From NCBI GenBank assembly GCA_964359095.1, contig CAYHRJ010000001.1, positions 1 to 62,498 of the forward strand: 62,498 nucleotides of DNA, written 5' to 3'. The position numbers and the translations under genes were made by a program. Positions 33,807-42,259 of this stretch are shown piece after piece. The notes beneath the pieces were generated by a model. The model did not search any database, was not told the DNA's origin, and saw only the letters and a list, made by a program, of their open reading frames with translations. This stretch comes from an uncultured Gammaproteobacteria bacterium (GTDB lineage: Bacteria; Patescibacteriota; Patescibacteriia; UBA9934; GWF2-40-263). Each line of letters opens with the position of its first letter. Positions within the stretch are counted from its first letter, which is position 1.

Positions 33807-34485
33807 ATAACTTATATCTTCCCTCTTCAACATCCGACGTAATCTTTCCATCCTCAAGAGTGATCACGCGTTTCTTGAGCGCATTCACGACTTCCCTATC
33901 ATGGGTGACAAGCGCAACCGTGGTGCCAAACTCGTTGATCTTTTTGAGCAGGTCAACAATTTCACGTGTGTTGATAGTGTCAAGGTTTCCTGTCGGCTCA
34001 TCGGCAATAAGAACTTTTGGCGAATGAACAAGCGCTCGACCAATCGCGACACGCTGTTGCTCGCCGCCAGAGAGCTGTCGTGGGTAGCGATCCATCATGC
34101 CTTCGAGATTAACAATTTTGAGAACGCTTGGAACAACCTCACGAATCCGATGCGGTCTCTCACCAGCTACTTGAAGCGCAAACGCGATGTTCTCGTAGAC
34201 GGTTTTCAACGGGAGCAATTTGAAATCCTGAAACACGACACCAATTTGTCTGCGCAACAAAGGGATGTCGCGATCGTGAATATTCGTGATTTCCCAGCCG
34301 CCAATTTCTATCGTCCCGCGTGTCGGTCGCTCCTCAGCAAAAAATAATTTGGCAAGCGTAGATTTCCCTGTGCCACTTTTTCCAACAATCGAAACAAATT
34401 CTCCAGGACGAATATGGAGGCTAACACCTTCAACGCCAACGACGTTTGGTGGATAAATTTTTGAGACATTTTTAAGACGAATCAT
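33805..34485 (-). CDS. ftsE: Cell division ATP-binding protein FtsE
   Basis: GKSGTGKST, LSGGEQQR and LIADEPTGNLD motifs. Confidence 0.9.
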   Translation of the reverse strand: MIRLKNVSKIYPPNVVGVEGVSLHIRPGEFVSIVGKSGTGKSTLAKLFFAEERPTRGTIEIGGWEITNIHDRDIPLLRRQIGVVFQDFKLLPLKTVYENIAFALQVAGERPHRIREVVPSVLKIVNLEGMMDRYPRQLSGGEQQRVAIGRALVHSPKVLIADEPTGNLDTINTREIVDLLKKINEFGTTVALVTHDREVVNALKKRVITLEDGKITSDVEEGRYKL

Positions 34486-35318
34486 TGCAGATAGGTTACG
34501 CGCACATCGATAAGTCCCGCACCGAGAGAAACAAGTTTCGCAAACGCGACTTTATCCAAATCAATTATCCGATCCGGATGGACGCTGCGATCTGGCCCAT
34601 AATCGTTAACCTTCACCGTAACTGATTTTGTTGGATCATCGATCCGCGTCACGACGAGATAACTTCCTTTTGGATAATCCGGCGACGCTGCGCAGTCACA
34701 ACCTTTGTAACCGTACCAACTCGCCTCACCGACTTCTGGAATTTCGTCATCCTCAAAGATTGCAAGACGCGCATATGGCAAGTGGATGAGTGCTCGCACA
34801 GACTGCGTCTCTGGATTGTCCGATGACGGCAATTCCTCCCACTGACTCTTCACGCCGTTGTAATAATATATCCGACGACGACCGTGGAGCGTCTCGAGAT
34901 TCTGCTCGGCTTCTGGATACTTGATCTCAAGAAAAAAGAAATCACTAATGTCGTAGGATTCTTTATTCAGGATATCAAAAAGATAGATGTTACCCAAGAG
35001 GGAAGGTTTTAGGTCGTCCTTCGACGGTGAGCTCGGGACGGTCGAACCGTAGGTAGTAGGAGGTAGGAAGGATTCAAGCGTATCCTCCATGATGGAAGAA
35101 TCGAGAGTCTTGATATCCACACGTGTAGAGACGTTCAGTATGTCAGGACGAATGCCGAGGCGCATCAGACCATCACTTGACTCTAGCGTGTACCCTTTGA
35201 CAATTGTTTCGACATCGAATGTCGTTGAGACGATGATTTCCAATTCCTGTGCGAACGTAATGGAAGAAAAAAAGCCAGAGAAAAAAAGGATCGAGGATAA
35301 TAAAAATAATCTTGTCAT
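34482..35318 (-). CDS. RlpA-like double-psi beta-barrel (septal ring lytic transglycosylase family) protein
   Basis: The C-terminal EASWYGYKG...VKVNDYGPD...IIDLDKVAF matches the RlpA DPBB pattern. It has a signal peptide. Confidence 0.7.
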   Translation of the reverse strand: MTRLFLLSSILFFSGFFSSITFAQELEIIVSTTFDVETIVKGYTLESSDGLMRLGIRPDILNVSTRVDIKTLDSSIMEDTLESFLPPTTYGSTVPSSPSKDDLKPSLLGNIYLFDILNKESYDISDFFFLEIKYPEAEQNLETLHGRRRIYYYNGVKSQWEELPSSDNPETQSVRALIHLPYARLAIFEDDEIPEVGEASWYGYKGCDCAASPDYPKGSYLVVTRIDDPTKSVTVKVNDYGPDRSVHPDRIIDLDKVAFAKLVSLGAGLIDVRVTYLQ

Positions 35319-35350
35319 AGTTACTTCTGTCCTCTATGATACCGTCCAAC

Positions 35351-35424
35351 GCGGGATTAGTATAGTGGCAGTATGTCAGCTTCCCAAGCTGAAGGCGCGG
35401 GTTCGATTCCCGTATCCCGCTCCA
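35351..35424 (+). tRNA. tRNA-Gly (anticodon CCC), CCA encoded
   Basis: Acceptor gcgggat/atcccgc, anticodon loop tTCCCaa and T arm gcggg-ttcgatt-cccgt. Confidence 0.85.
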
Positions 35425-35453
35425 ACCTTCGCTAAAGCTACGGCTGGCAAGCC
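35422..35453. repeat. Mini PE-A copy (arms only) overlapping the CCA of tRNA-Gly
   Basis: ccaaccttcgct|aaagctacggctggcaagcc, compared with the PE-A arms cccaccttcgct...aaagctacggtgggcaggaaagcc. Confidence 0.55.
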
Positions 35454-35459
35454 AAAAAA

Positions 35460-35487
35460 GGAGTCTCACGTGTGGGAGACTCTTTTT
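35460..35487 (+). terminator. Intrinsic terminator after tRNA-Gly
   Basis: gagtctc-N8-gagactc followed by TTTTT. Confidence 0.7.
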
Positions 35488-35520
35488 GCGTAATATCTCA
35501 GCTAGTCAAAGACAGGTCTG

Positions 35521-35549
35521 TTGACAATTCTCGTTTTTTCCAGTAACCT
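35521..35549 (+). promoter_or_regulatory. Sigma-70-like promoter of the orphan ORF
   Basis: TTGACA-17 nt-TAACCT. An AGAGGAG SD follows at 35569-35575. Confidence 0.5.
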
Positions 35550-35581
35550 GACATGCGGATTTCAACTTAGAGGAGTTTCTC

Positions 35582-35959
35582 ATGCACGGTAGTTCACATA
35601 AGGATTCGCCATTCTCTCACCCCAATGCCGAGAGGATCGGTATGAAAAGGGGTTACCTCACACAGCAGGCGGTGGATCTGCGCAACGGCATCGGTGCCCT
35701 GCGGATGGGACTCAAGAGTCGCGACCTTGGCTACGCTCCCATCCCAGACGAGATCGACATGATTATGGAGGATCTCACGCGCATTCACGGCAATCGAGTC
35801 ATCGAGGGAACGTCGGTCAACCCGAGCTCAGGCGATGTTCGCTTCCTTCTCACACGCCGCGAGCACGGTCGATTCTACTGGACCATGGTCGAGATCGTGC
35901 GCGACACGATCACTGCCATCCTCTACCGCAACCCTGTGGATGAAATACTCACGACCTAG
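35582..35959 (+). CDS. Hypothetical protein (125 aa), GC-rich orphan cassette
   Basis: Has its own promoter-like sequence, a strong SD (AGAGGAG 6 nt upstream) and its own terminator. Confidence 0.55.
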   Translation: MHGSSHKDSPFSHPNAERIGMKRGYLTQQAVDLRNGIGALRMGLKSRDLGYAPIPDEIDMIMEDLTRIHGNRVIEGTSVNPSSGDVRFLLTRREHGRFYWTMVEIVRDTITAILYRNPVDEILTT

Positions 35960-35966
35960 CCCACGC

Positions 35967-35996
35967 AAGACCCACTCCTGGGTCTTTTCCTTTTTT
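35967..35996 (+). terminator. Intrinsic terminator of the orphan ORF
   Basis: aagaccca-ctcc-tgggtctt followed by TTCCTTTTTT. Confidence 0.75.
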
Positions 35997-36062
35997 AGCG
36001 CGTTTGTTATCATTCTGCCGCCGAACGACGATGTAGCTCAGCCCCGACGGTCGGGACTTGAA

Positions 36063-36137
36063 GCCGATGTAGCTCAGTGGTAGAGCAGTACTTTCGTAAA
36101 GTAAAGGTCGTGGGTTCAATCCCCACCATCGGCTCCA
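36063..36137 (+). tRNA. tRNA-Thr (anticodon CGT), CCA encoded
   Basis: Acceptor gccgatg/catcggc, D arm gctc-agtggta-gagc, anticodon loop tTCGTaa and T arm gtggg-ttcaatc-cccac. Confidence 0.85.
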
Positions 36138-36169
36138 AAATATCTCCATGCATGTGGAGATATTTTGTT

Positions 36170-37099
36170 TTAACTTTCTCCCACGTATCTTTTGACCTTG
36201 GCTGTTTCCAAATACTCCTTCACGATTTCTTCCAGAGTAACCTTTGGAACCGTGATGCTGAGCAGATGAATCTGCGTGTCCTCTGCTGCTACGATCCGAT
36301 CTTTTGCTTTAAAAACAGCGTACCCTTCTGGCAAATCAAGAACGTCCGTTGTATTTCCAATCTCAAGTACCTCCACAGCCGCAGACCAACTCTCTGGAAT
36401 AATGGAGAGCTTGATGTATCCAAGATCGACTTCTAGTCCTGCATCAAACCCGGCGTTTATTTCCTTCGCCACTGTCGCAAAATCCTCGCCTCCAGCTACC
36501 CGCGCATAGGCAGCGTCGATGGTGTCTTGTCGTGATTGTTGCAGAGCTTTATCTGCGAGAATCGCCTCAGACATTTGGAGCGCGAGCACAATGGACTCAA
36601 TCACACGACTCTTGAACTCCTCCACTGTCCAGCCAAACGTATCAGTTAAATCCTGAACAAATGCCTCCTCAGATTCCTGTGATGCCAGCACGTCTTGATA
36701 ATACTTCTCAACACGCTGCGTATCGATTTCAAGACCGCGTGCTGTAGCGAACTGACGGATCACCATTTTGTTCACAAGTGTGTCCGCAATCGCGATCTCA
36801 AGCTGATCCGCCGGTGGAGTGCTGCCTTCTTGACCCTCAAAGTATTTTTTGAGTGCATCATACTCAGCCAAGAATTCTTTCATGCTCACGGTGTCACCAT
36901 TCACAGAAAGAGCTGGGAACGGAAACACCTGAGCTATGGTGCGCACAAACCCATCATCAACAGGTCGGCTGTACACTTGCTGGCTTGCCCCACCAAGCGC
37001 GACCACGAGAATCACCACAACGGCTATCGATCTTCCTCGTCTCGTGGAAAGAAATTTTTTTATACGCGATTCAGGTTTCTGTGGTTGTTCATCATTCAT
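36170..37099 (-). CDS. Parvulin/PpiC-type peptidyl-prolyl isomerase with SurA-like N-domain, membrane anchored
   Basis: Has an N-terminal transmembrane segment. The C-terminal GGEDFATVAKE...DLGYI...PEGYAVFK matches the rotamase pattern. Confidence 0.6.
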   Translation of the reverse strand: MNDEQPQKPESRIKKFLSTRRGRSIAVVVILVVALGGASQQVYSRPVDDGFVRTIAQVFPFPALSVNGDTVSMKEFLAEYDALKKYFEGQEGSTPPADQLEIAIADTLVNKMVIRQFATARGLEIDTQRVEKYYQDVLASQESEEAFVQDLTDTFGWTVEEFKSRVIESIVLALQMSEAILADKALQQSRQDTIDAAYARVAGGEDFATVAKEINAGFDAGLEVDLGYIKLSIIPESWSAAVEVLEIGNTTDVLDLPEGYAVFKAKDRIVAAEDTQIHLLSITVPKVTLEEIVKEYLETAKVKRYVGES

Positions 37100-37565
37100 A
37101 CGTCACAAGGTCATTAAAAATATTTCGATCGAAGAAGTAATACCACCACTTCAGCGGATTCGCAAGGTTGTCTGCTCCAAACGATGTATCATCTGTCTGC
37201 TCGTCGATCACGTAGCCCAGAGGATCTGTCGGATTGGTTGTATCTTCGTCCAGGGAATCATTCTGCCCATCTTTGATCACCACCACTGTCTCACCTAGTT
37301 TTTTCAAGCCGAGCTTCAAACGTGCCTCACGTTCGATGAACGATTCCGTCTGCATCGCGGTTTGAAGATTCAACATCTCCTGATTGGTGGTCACCAAATC
37401 ATCGGTCTGTGCTTGAAGCGCAGCAATTTCTGCATCGATCGTACGACTGCGCACCCATTCGCGACCAAGAGACATCCCCAAAAAAATGATCACCGAAAGA
37501 TTCACGACGATAAGAAATCGTGAACGAATCAATCGTTGCATGAAGGGAGATTTATTTGATGTCAT
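37092..37565 (-). CDS. FtsB/DivIC-like septum formation initiator family protein
   Basis: Single transmembrane segment followed by a coiled coil (IDAEIAALQAQTDDLVTTNQEML). Confidence 0.6.
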   Translation of the reverse strand: MTSNKSPFMQRLIRSRFLIVVNLSVIIFLGMSLGREWVRSRTIDAEIAALQAQTDDLVTTNQEMLNLQTAMQTESFIEREARLKLGLKKLGETVVVIKDGQNDSLDEDTTNPTDPLGYVIDEQTDDTSFGADNLANPLKWWYYFFDRNIFNDLVTYE

Positions 37566-38061
37566 GGGATGATGTGGAGGAGGAACGTAAGTCGTTTATG
37601 AGATCAGCAAGATGTGCAGGACGCACGACGTGGGGGACGACGATATCCGCTGATGCGCCATGAAGTTCGAGACGCACCAGCCCAAAGCGAAAAAGCGTTT
37701 GAACAAGGCCTTTCAACTGATAACTTACCTCATCAATCTGATCATACCGTGCCTCGGTCACGACACGATAAAACAGTCCCTTCTGTTCGTGGTCAACCAC
37801 ACGACTGTCCGTGATCACAAAAACCGTTCGATCCCACATGATGTACTGCCGAAACAATAGGATCACTCCCGAGATTAACCAAAGAAAAAAGACGACGAAG
37901 CCGAACGCCCCCTGCTTCCACAGGGGGAACAGAAAAAAGAATGGGAGCACAAGCCAGATCACGCAAAAGAAAAATCTTAGAAACCTAGGCATGAGAGCTC
38001 CGTGGACAACCTCGAGTACTTCTTCCCGAGCTTTAAGTTCTAAAAATTTAGGTGCTTGCAT
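37552..38061 (-). CDS. Bacterial PH-domain (YdbT/DUF304-like) membrane protein
   Basis: Two transmembrane helices followed by a PH-like beta-rich domain. Start set at the ATG at 38061. Confidence 0.5.
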   Translation of the reverse strand: MQAPKFLELKAREEVLEVVHGALMPRFLRFFFCVIWLVLPFFFLFPLWKQGAFGFVVFFLWLISGVILLFRQYIMWDRTVFVITDSRVVDHEQKGLFYRVVTEARYDQIDEVSYQLKGLVQTLFRFGLVRLELHGASADIVVPHVVRPAHLADLINDLRSSSTSSHDIK

Positions 38062-39388
38062 ATCTATGATGAAGAGCTTTACGCACAGCAACACGATCAT
38101 CCCACGGAATCTTTTTTCCGCCCGCGACCGCCATGACTGGTTCACTTCCCTTCCCTGTGATGAGCACAAGATCGTCTGGCTCAGCCAGATCGATCGCGAA
38201 CTGAATGGCTTCTCTACGATCCAGAATCCTAAATAGATTCACGCCTTCGTGCTTCCCAGCCGCGCGAGCGGCGTCAGCAATGTCATTGATAATCTCCATG
38301 GGATCATCATCGTAAGGATCTTCGTTGGTCACAATCACAAAGTCCGCATGCTCAGCCGCCATCCTCCCCAAGATCATTCGTCGAGCTACGTCGCGCCCAC
38401 CACCAGCAGAACCAAGAAGATGAATGAGTCGTTTGTGGTGAATGAGCTTCAGTGTCTCACAGACAGCCGTGAGCGCGGCTGGCTCATAGGCATAATCTAC
38501 GATCACAGAAAACGGCTGACCTTCGTCCATGCGCTCAAGACGTCCGGGAACAGACTCAAGAGACTCAACAGCATGTTGAAGCTCCACCTGAGAAACACCT
38601 AAGAGCTTCACCGTCGCCATCGCGGCGAGCGCGTTCTCGAGATAAAACCGTCCGATGGGTTTGAGATGGATGATGACGTCGCCAACGGAGAACGTTGTAC
38701 AGGATCCAGTAAAACTCACGTGCTCAGCAACCACAGGAGTCGTGTTGAGTTGAGTGGCAAGAGAACCAGCCTCCTCAAGAGCAAAGCCGCCGAAGCGATC
38801 AGCATCGAACCCAAGAAAATAATCCGCGTGTGGATCCATGAGATTCACGATAACGGACTTTTCGATCTGATTCCCATCGATCACCTTCCGCCTCAATTTC
38901 CCGAGACCCTCAAAGAGTTTCCCCTTCGCTGCCTTGTACTTCTCAAATCCTCCATGCGCCTCGATATGCTCTGGCGTGAGATTCGTGAACACCGCAACGT
39001 CATAGTTGATCCCGATGTGACGCGATTGTGCGATCCCCTGCGAAGACGTCTCGATCACAGCATAGCGACATCCAGCGTTCACCATCTCACGCAGCAACTT
39101 CTGCGTCTGGAACCGTCCAAGCATTGTCATTTTTTTGTCGTTCACCCACTCACGATCCGCCACTTTGAAACTCGCCGTAGTTGTCCACCCAACGCGATAC
39201 CCTGCGTGCTTAAGAATGCGACCAATGAACTGCACGGTCGTAGATTTTCCATTGGTGCCTGTGACACCAATCACGATGAGCTTCTCAGATGGATGGCCAT
39301 ACAAAAAAGCCGCTACGCGAGCTAGCAGGTAGTGGTACGCCGAAATGACGGATTCTGGAATAAACCTTCGTATGACAGACTTCAACAT
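38048..39388 (-). CDS. murE: UDP-N-acetylmuramoyl-L-alanyl-D-glutamate--(meso-DAP or L-Lys) ligase
   Basis: Mur ligase motifs GVTGTNGKST and the central and C-terminal domains. It lies next to murD. Confidence 0.88.
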   Translation of the reverse strand: MLKSVIRRFIPESVISAYHYLLARVAAFLYGHPSEKLIVIGVTGTNGKSTTVQFIGRILKHAGYRVGWTTTASFKVADREWVNDKKMTMLGRFQTQKLLREMVNAGCRYAVIETSSQGIAQSRHIGINYDVAVFTNLTPEHIEAHGGFEKYKAAKGKLFEGLGKLRRKVIDGNQIEKSVIVNLMDPHADYFLGFDADRFGGFALEEAGSLATQLNTTPVVAEHVSFTGSCTTFSVGDVIIHLKPIGRFYLENALAAMATVKLLGVSQVELQHAVESLESVPGRLERMDEGQPFSVIVDYAYEPAALTAVCETLKLIHHKRLIHLLGSAGGGRDVARRMILGRMAAEHADFVIVTNEDPYDDDPMEIINDIADAARAAGKHEGVNLFRILDRREAIQFAIDLAEPDDLVLITGKGSEPVMAVAGGKKIPWDDRVAVRKALHHRYAST

Positions 39389-39400
39389 AGACTGCCGTCG

Positions 39401-40879
39401 TTAAGATTTCGTCGAGGCTTTTTGTAATTTGTGAAACTCTGCGTCAAACTGATCACCGCGATCAAATTCGTTTTTGAAAATGCCAAAGCTGGAGGTTCCT
39501 GGTGAAAGCAAAACAACGTCACCGAGTTTGGCATTCTCCACGGCTGCCTTCACAGCCTTGGCCATGGAGTCCACGCGGACAGTCGGAGCACCGTCACCGA
39601 TGGCGCGCTCAAAATCGTCAGCGGCTGTCCCATCAAACACAACCACAAACTTGCACTGTTCTCCAATCATTTTTCCAAGCTCTGTAAAACTCAAACCTTT
39701 TGAACTTCCACCACCGATCAGAATAATATTTCCTCCCTTGCCAAAACGCGTGAGCGCGGCCATCACACCTTCTGGCGACGTGCCTGTTGTGTCGTTCACA
39801 AACAACACACCATCAACTTCGCCCAAAATTTCCTGGCGACCAGGGAGGCCAGCAAACGTCTTGAGCGTTGCGTGAATATCATCGTCCAAGACTCCTGCCT
39901 CGTGAGCAGCGAGGGAGGCGCACATCGCGTTCATGATGTTGTGCTCACCTTCAAGTTTCAAATCATGAACATGTGCAAACAGCTTTGTTTCTCCACCGAT
40001 GCGACGAATAAGATTGTCACCGTCTCGGTACACGCCGTTCATACCTTCTGGAAGCATGCGCGCAGAAATCCAGAGCACACGCTTGGAAGGAATACGCCCA
40101 GCGATGTCATGCATGATTTCTTGGTCCGCATTAAAAATAGCCACTTGATCAGACGTCTGCTCCTGAAAAATCAATTCTTTGGCACGAACATAACTCTCAA
40201 AAGAATCGTAACGATCCAAATGATCTTTATACGCATTGGTGAGAAGCGCGATGTCAGGTCCACGTCCAAGGCCTTCAATACTCTCAAGAAGCCACGAGGA
40301 AAGCTCAAGGACAATGGGCACAGGTGTTTTTTCTTCTAACAACCAATCCAGATCCTCCAATGGAGAGCGTGCGATGTTTCCAGCGATCACCGTTTTAGGA
40401 TGGATGTGCTTTAGCATCTCGCCCAAGAGTGCTGTGGTCGTGGACTTGCCACGCGTTCCTGTCACAGAATAAATCGGAAACGGGCAGTAGCGAAAAAACA
40501 AAGAGATGTCGCTCTCAACGGAAATGCCATGTTCTTTTGCGAGCAACACAAATTCTGATTCACGAGCCACGCCGGGATTTTGCATGACCAAATCGACATC
40601 AGTAAAATTGTCTGCGTCGTGCTTTCCCAGCACAAACACTGGTTGATAAATATCTCGGTCTTTGTATGCAGTGCGATACTCAGTGTAGGCCGACATGATT
40701 TCCTCCACGGAGTCTCGAAGCTCTTCTTCGTCCTTGAGATCAGTAATGACCAACTGCGCGCCGTGACGCATTAGCCACTTGGCCGCACCAATGCCGCTTC
40801 CCTTTTTGTGCCGACCCAAACCCATGACCGTTACTGCAGCGTCTTGAAAATTTTTGATGGATGAGAGATCGAGGGGCAT
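39401..40879 (-). CDS. murD: UDP-N-acetylmuramoylalanine--D-glutamate ligase
   Basis: N-terminal Rossmann-like domain and the SVTGTRGKSTT motif. Confidence 0.88.
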   Translation of the reverse strand: MPLDLSSIKNFQDAAVTVMGLGRHKKGSGIGAAKWLMRHGAQLVITDLKDEEELRDSVEEIMSAYTEYRTAYKDRDIYQPVFVLGKHDADNFTDVDLVMQNPGVARESEFVLLAKEHGISVESDISLFFRYCPFPIYSVTGTRGKSTTTALLGEMLKHIHPKTVIAGNIARSPLEDLDWLLEEKTPVPIVLELSSWLLESIEGLGRGPDIALLTNAYKDHLDRYDSFESYVRAKELIFQEQTSDQVAIFNADQEIMHDIAGRIPSKRVLWISARMLPEGMNGVYRDGDNLIRRIGGETKLFAHVHDLKLEGEHNIMNAMCASLAAHEAGVLDDDIHATLKTFAGLPGRQEILGEVDGVLFVNDTTGTSPEGVMAALTRFGKGGNIILIGGGSSKGLSFTELGKMIGEQCKFVVVFDGTAADDFERAIGDGAPTVRVDSMAKAVKAAVENAKLGDVVLLSPGTSSFGIFKNEFDRGDQFDAEFHKLQKASTKS

Positions 40880-40920
40880 AGGTGGGGAGGTGAAAGAGGT
40901 GGTAAAGGTAGATGAGGTGA

Positions 40921-41577
40921 TTAGAAACGACCGAATAATTTAGCGATCCTAACTAGCACCATCGCCTTCACAATCTGATAAGACATGCGCACATATTGTA
41001 GCACAGCGCGAAGCAAACTGACTTTTTGGTACTTTCGACGAATCGTAAGACCATTTAGCTTCACGACTCCCGAGCTTAAATTCCTTGAACGACAATAATA
41101 ATTGAGCGTCACTTCGACCATGAAGCCTTTCAAAAATCGTTGCGGGACTCTTTCAAAAACAAAACGCTCCATAGCACGTTCTCCGGAAATCAACGGGAGA
41201 TGCTTGGTGAGCGCTGTCACTAGGTGCCCACGATCTCGCAGGCCGATATTCATAACATACGTTCCATTGACCACAGGAGACACAAGATTTTCCACATGCT
41301 GAGAGGTGAGTCCAATGAGATCCGCATCAAAAAAGACAACGATGTCCGCTTCGGTTTGCGAGACTCCATAGCTCATCGCTTCGCCTTTTCCACGGTTGGG
41401 AAAAATTTCGTGCACAGAAGCACCAGCCGCTCGTGCGACATCCGCGGTCTTGTCCGTTGATCCATCTGAAATCACAAGCACATCATGAATAAACGGTGAG
41501 GACTTAAGAATTTTCACAACCTGTCCGATTGTAGGCTCCTCATTGTACGCAGGAATAATGGCTGCAACTTTTTTCAT
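40921..41577 (-). CDS. Family 2 glycosyltransferase
   Basis: AAIIPAYNEE...VISDGSTDKT...FDADL (DxD) motifs. Confidence 0.8.
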   Translation of the reverse strand: MKKVAAIIPAYNEEPTIGQVVKILKSSPFIHDVLVISDGSTDKTADVARAAGASVHEIFPNRGKGEAMSYGVSQTEADIVVFFDADLIGLTSQHVENLVSPVVNGTYVMNIGLRDRGHLVTALTKHLPLISGERAMERFVFERVPQRFLKGFMVEVTLNYYCRSRNLSSGVVKLNGLTIRRKYQKVSLLRAVLQYVRMSYQIVKAMVLVRIAKLFGRF

Positions 41578-42245
41578 AACAGAGTATTTCGTCGACGCAA
41601 CGCGCTCAGCTGTGAGAGGATAGATTGCTTGAGTCCTTCGCCTTGTGCCTGAAGAAGCTTCACGACTTCTCCCTCCTCAACAGAATACAGTACGTGCGAT
41701 AACGACTGCCTCATTCGCTCAAGATACATTAGCGCGAGAAGATACTCTTCCTGTGCCACCGTCTGACCCAGACGATCATTGTGCATCTCTTCACACAGCG
41801 CGGCAAAGATTTTGATGGGAACGAGATTCACGTTCGCGTACACACGAAAAAAATTTCGACGATGCACACCACCACGATCGTATCCATTTTTCGCAACCGT
41901 ACGCAGATGACCGGTCCACACACGAGTACGCTGATACAAGGGATGCTGACGAATGCTTAATACAAATCTCTCTTCACTCTCATCGTCTTGTTCCGATCCC
42001 TCTTGATGGCAGTGCGCTGTATGGCAAGGCTCGTGGAGCATGTTCATCCCGAGTTTGAGTGTCAGCTCCGCATCGGATTGTTCTTCTGTATCTAACTGTT
42101 CCTGCAAAATTTCTGCTTCCACGCTCATGGGTTCCCCCTTAGAACTGCTTCCATACTTCGCATACAACTCTTCAAGTTCATCCTCAAACAAGTCGACCTC
42201 GTCGCGATGGAACAGCCATGGATAATCTTGATTATTAAAAGACAT
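41574..42245 (-). CDS. Hypothetical protein (acidic N-terminus, His/Cys cluster)
   Basis: 223-aa ORF overlapping the GT2 gene start by 4 nt. Confidence 0.5.
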   Translation of the reverse strand: MSFNNQDYPWLFHRDEVDLFEDELEELYAKYGSSSKGEPMSVEAEILQEQLDTEEQSDAELTLKLGMNMLHEPCHTAHCHQEGSEQDDESEERFVLSIRQHPLYQRTRVWTGHLRTVAKNGYDRGGVHRRNFFRVYANVNLVPIKIFAALCEEMHNDRLGQTVAQEEYLLALMYLERMRQSLSHVLYSVEEGEVVKLLQAQGEGLKQSILSQLSALRRRNTLL

Positions 42246-42259
42246 ACGTCTGTGGGGAG

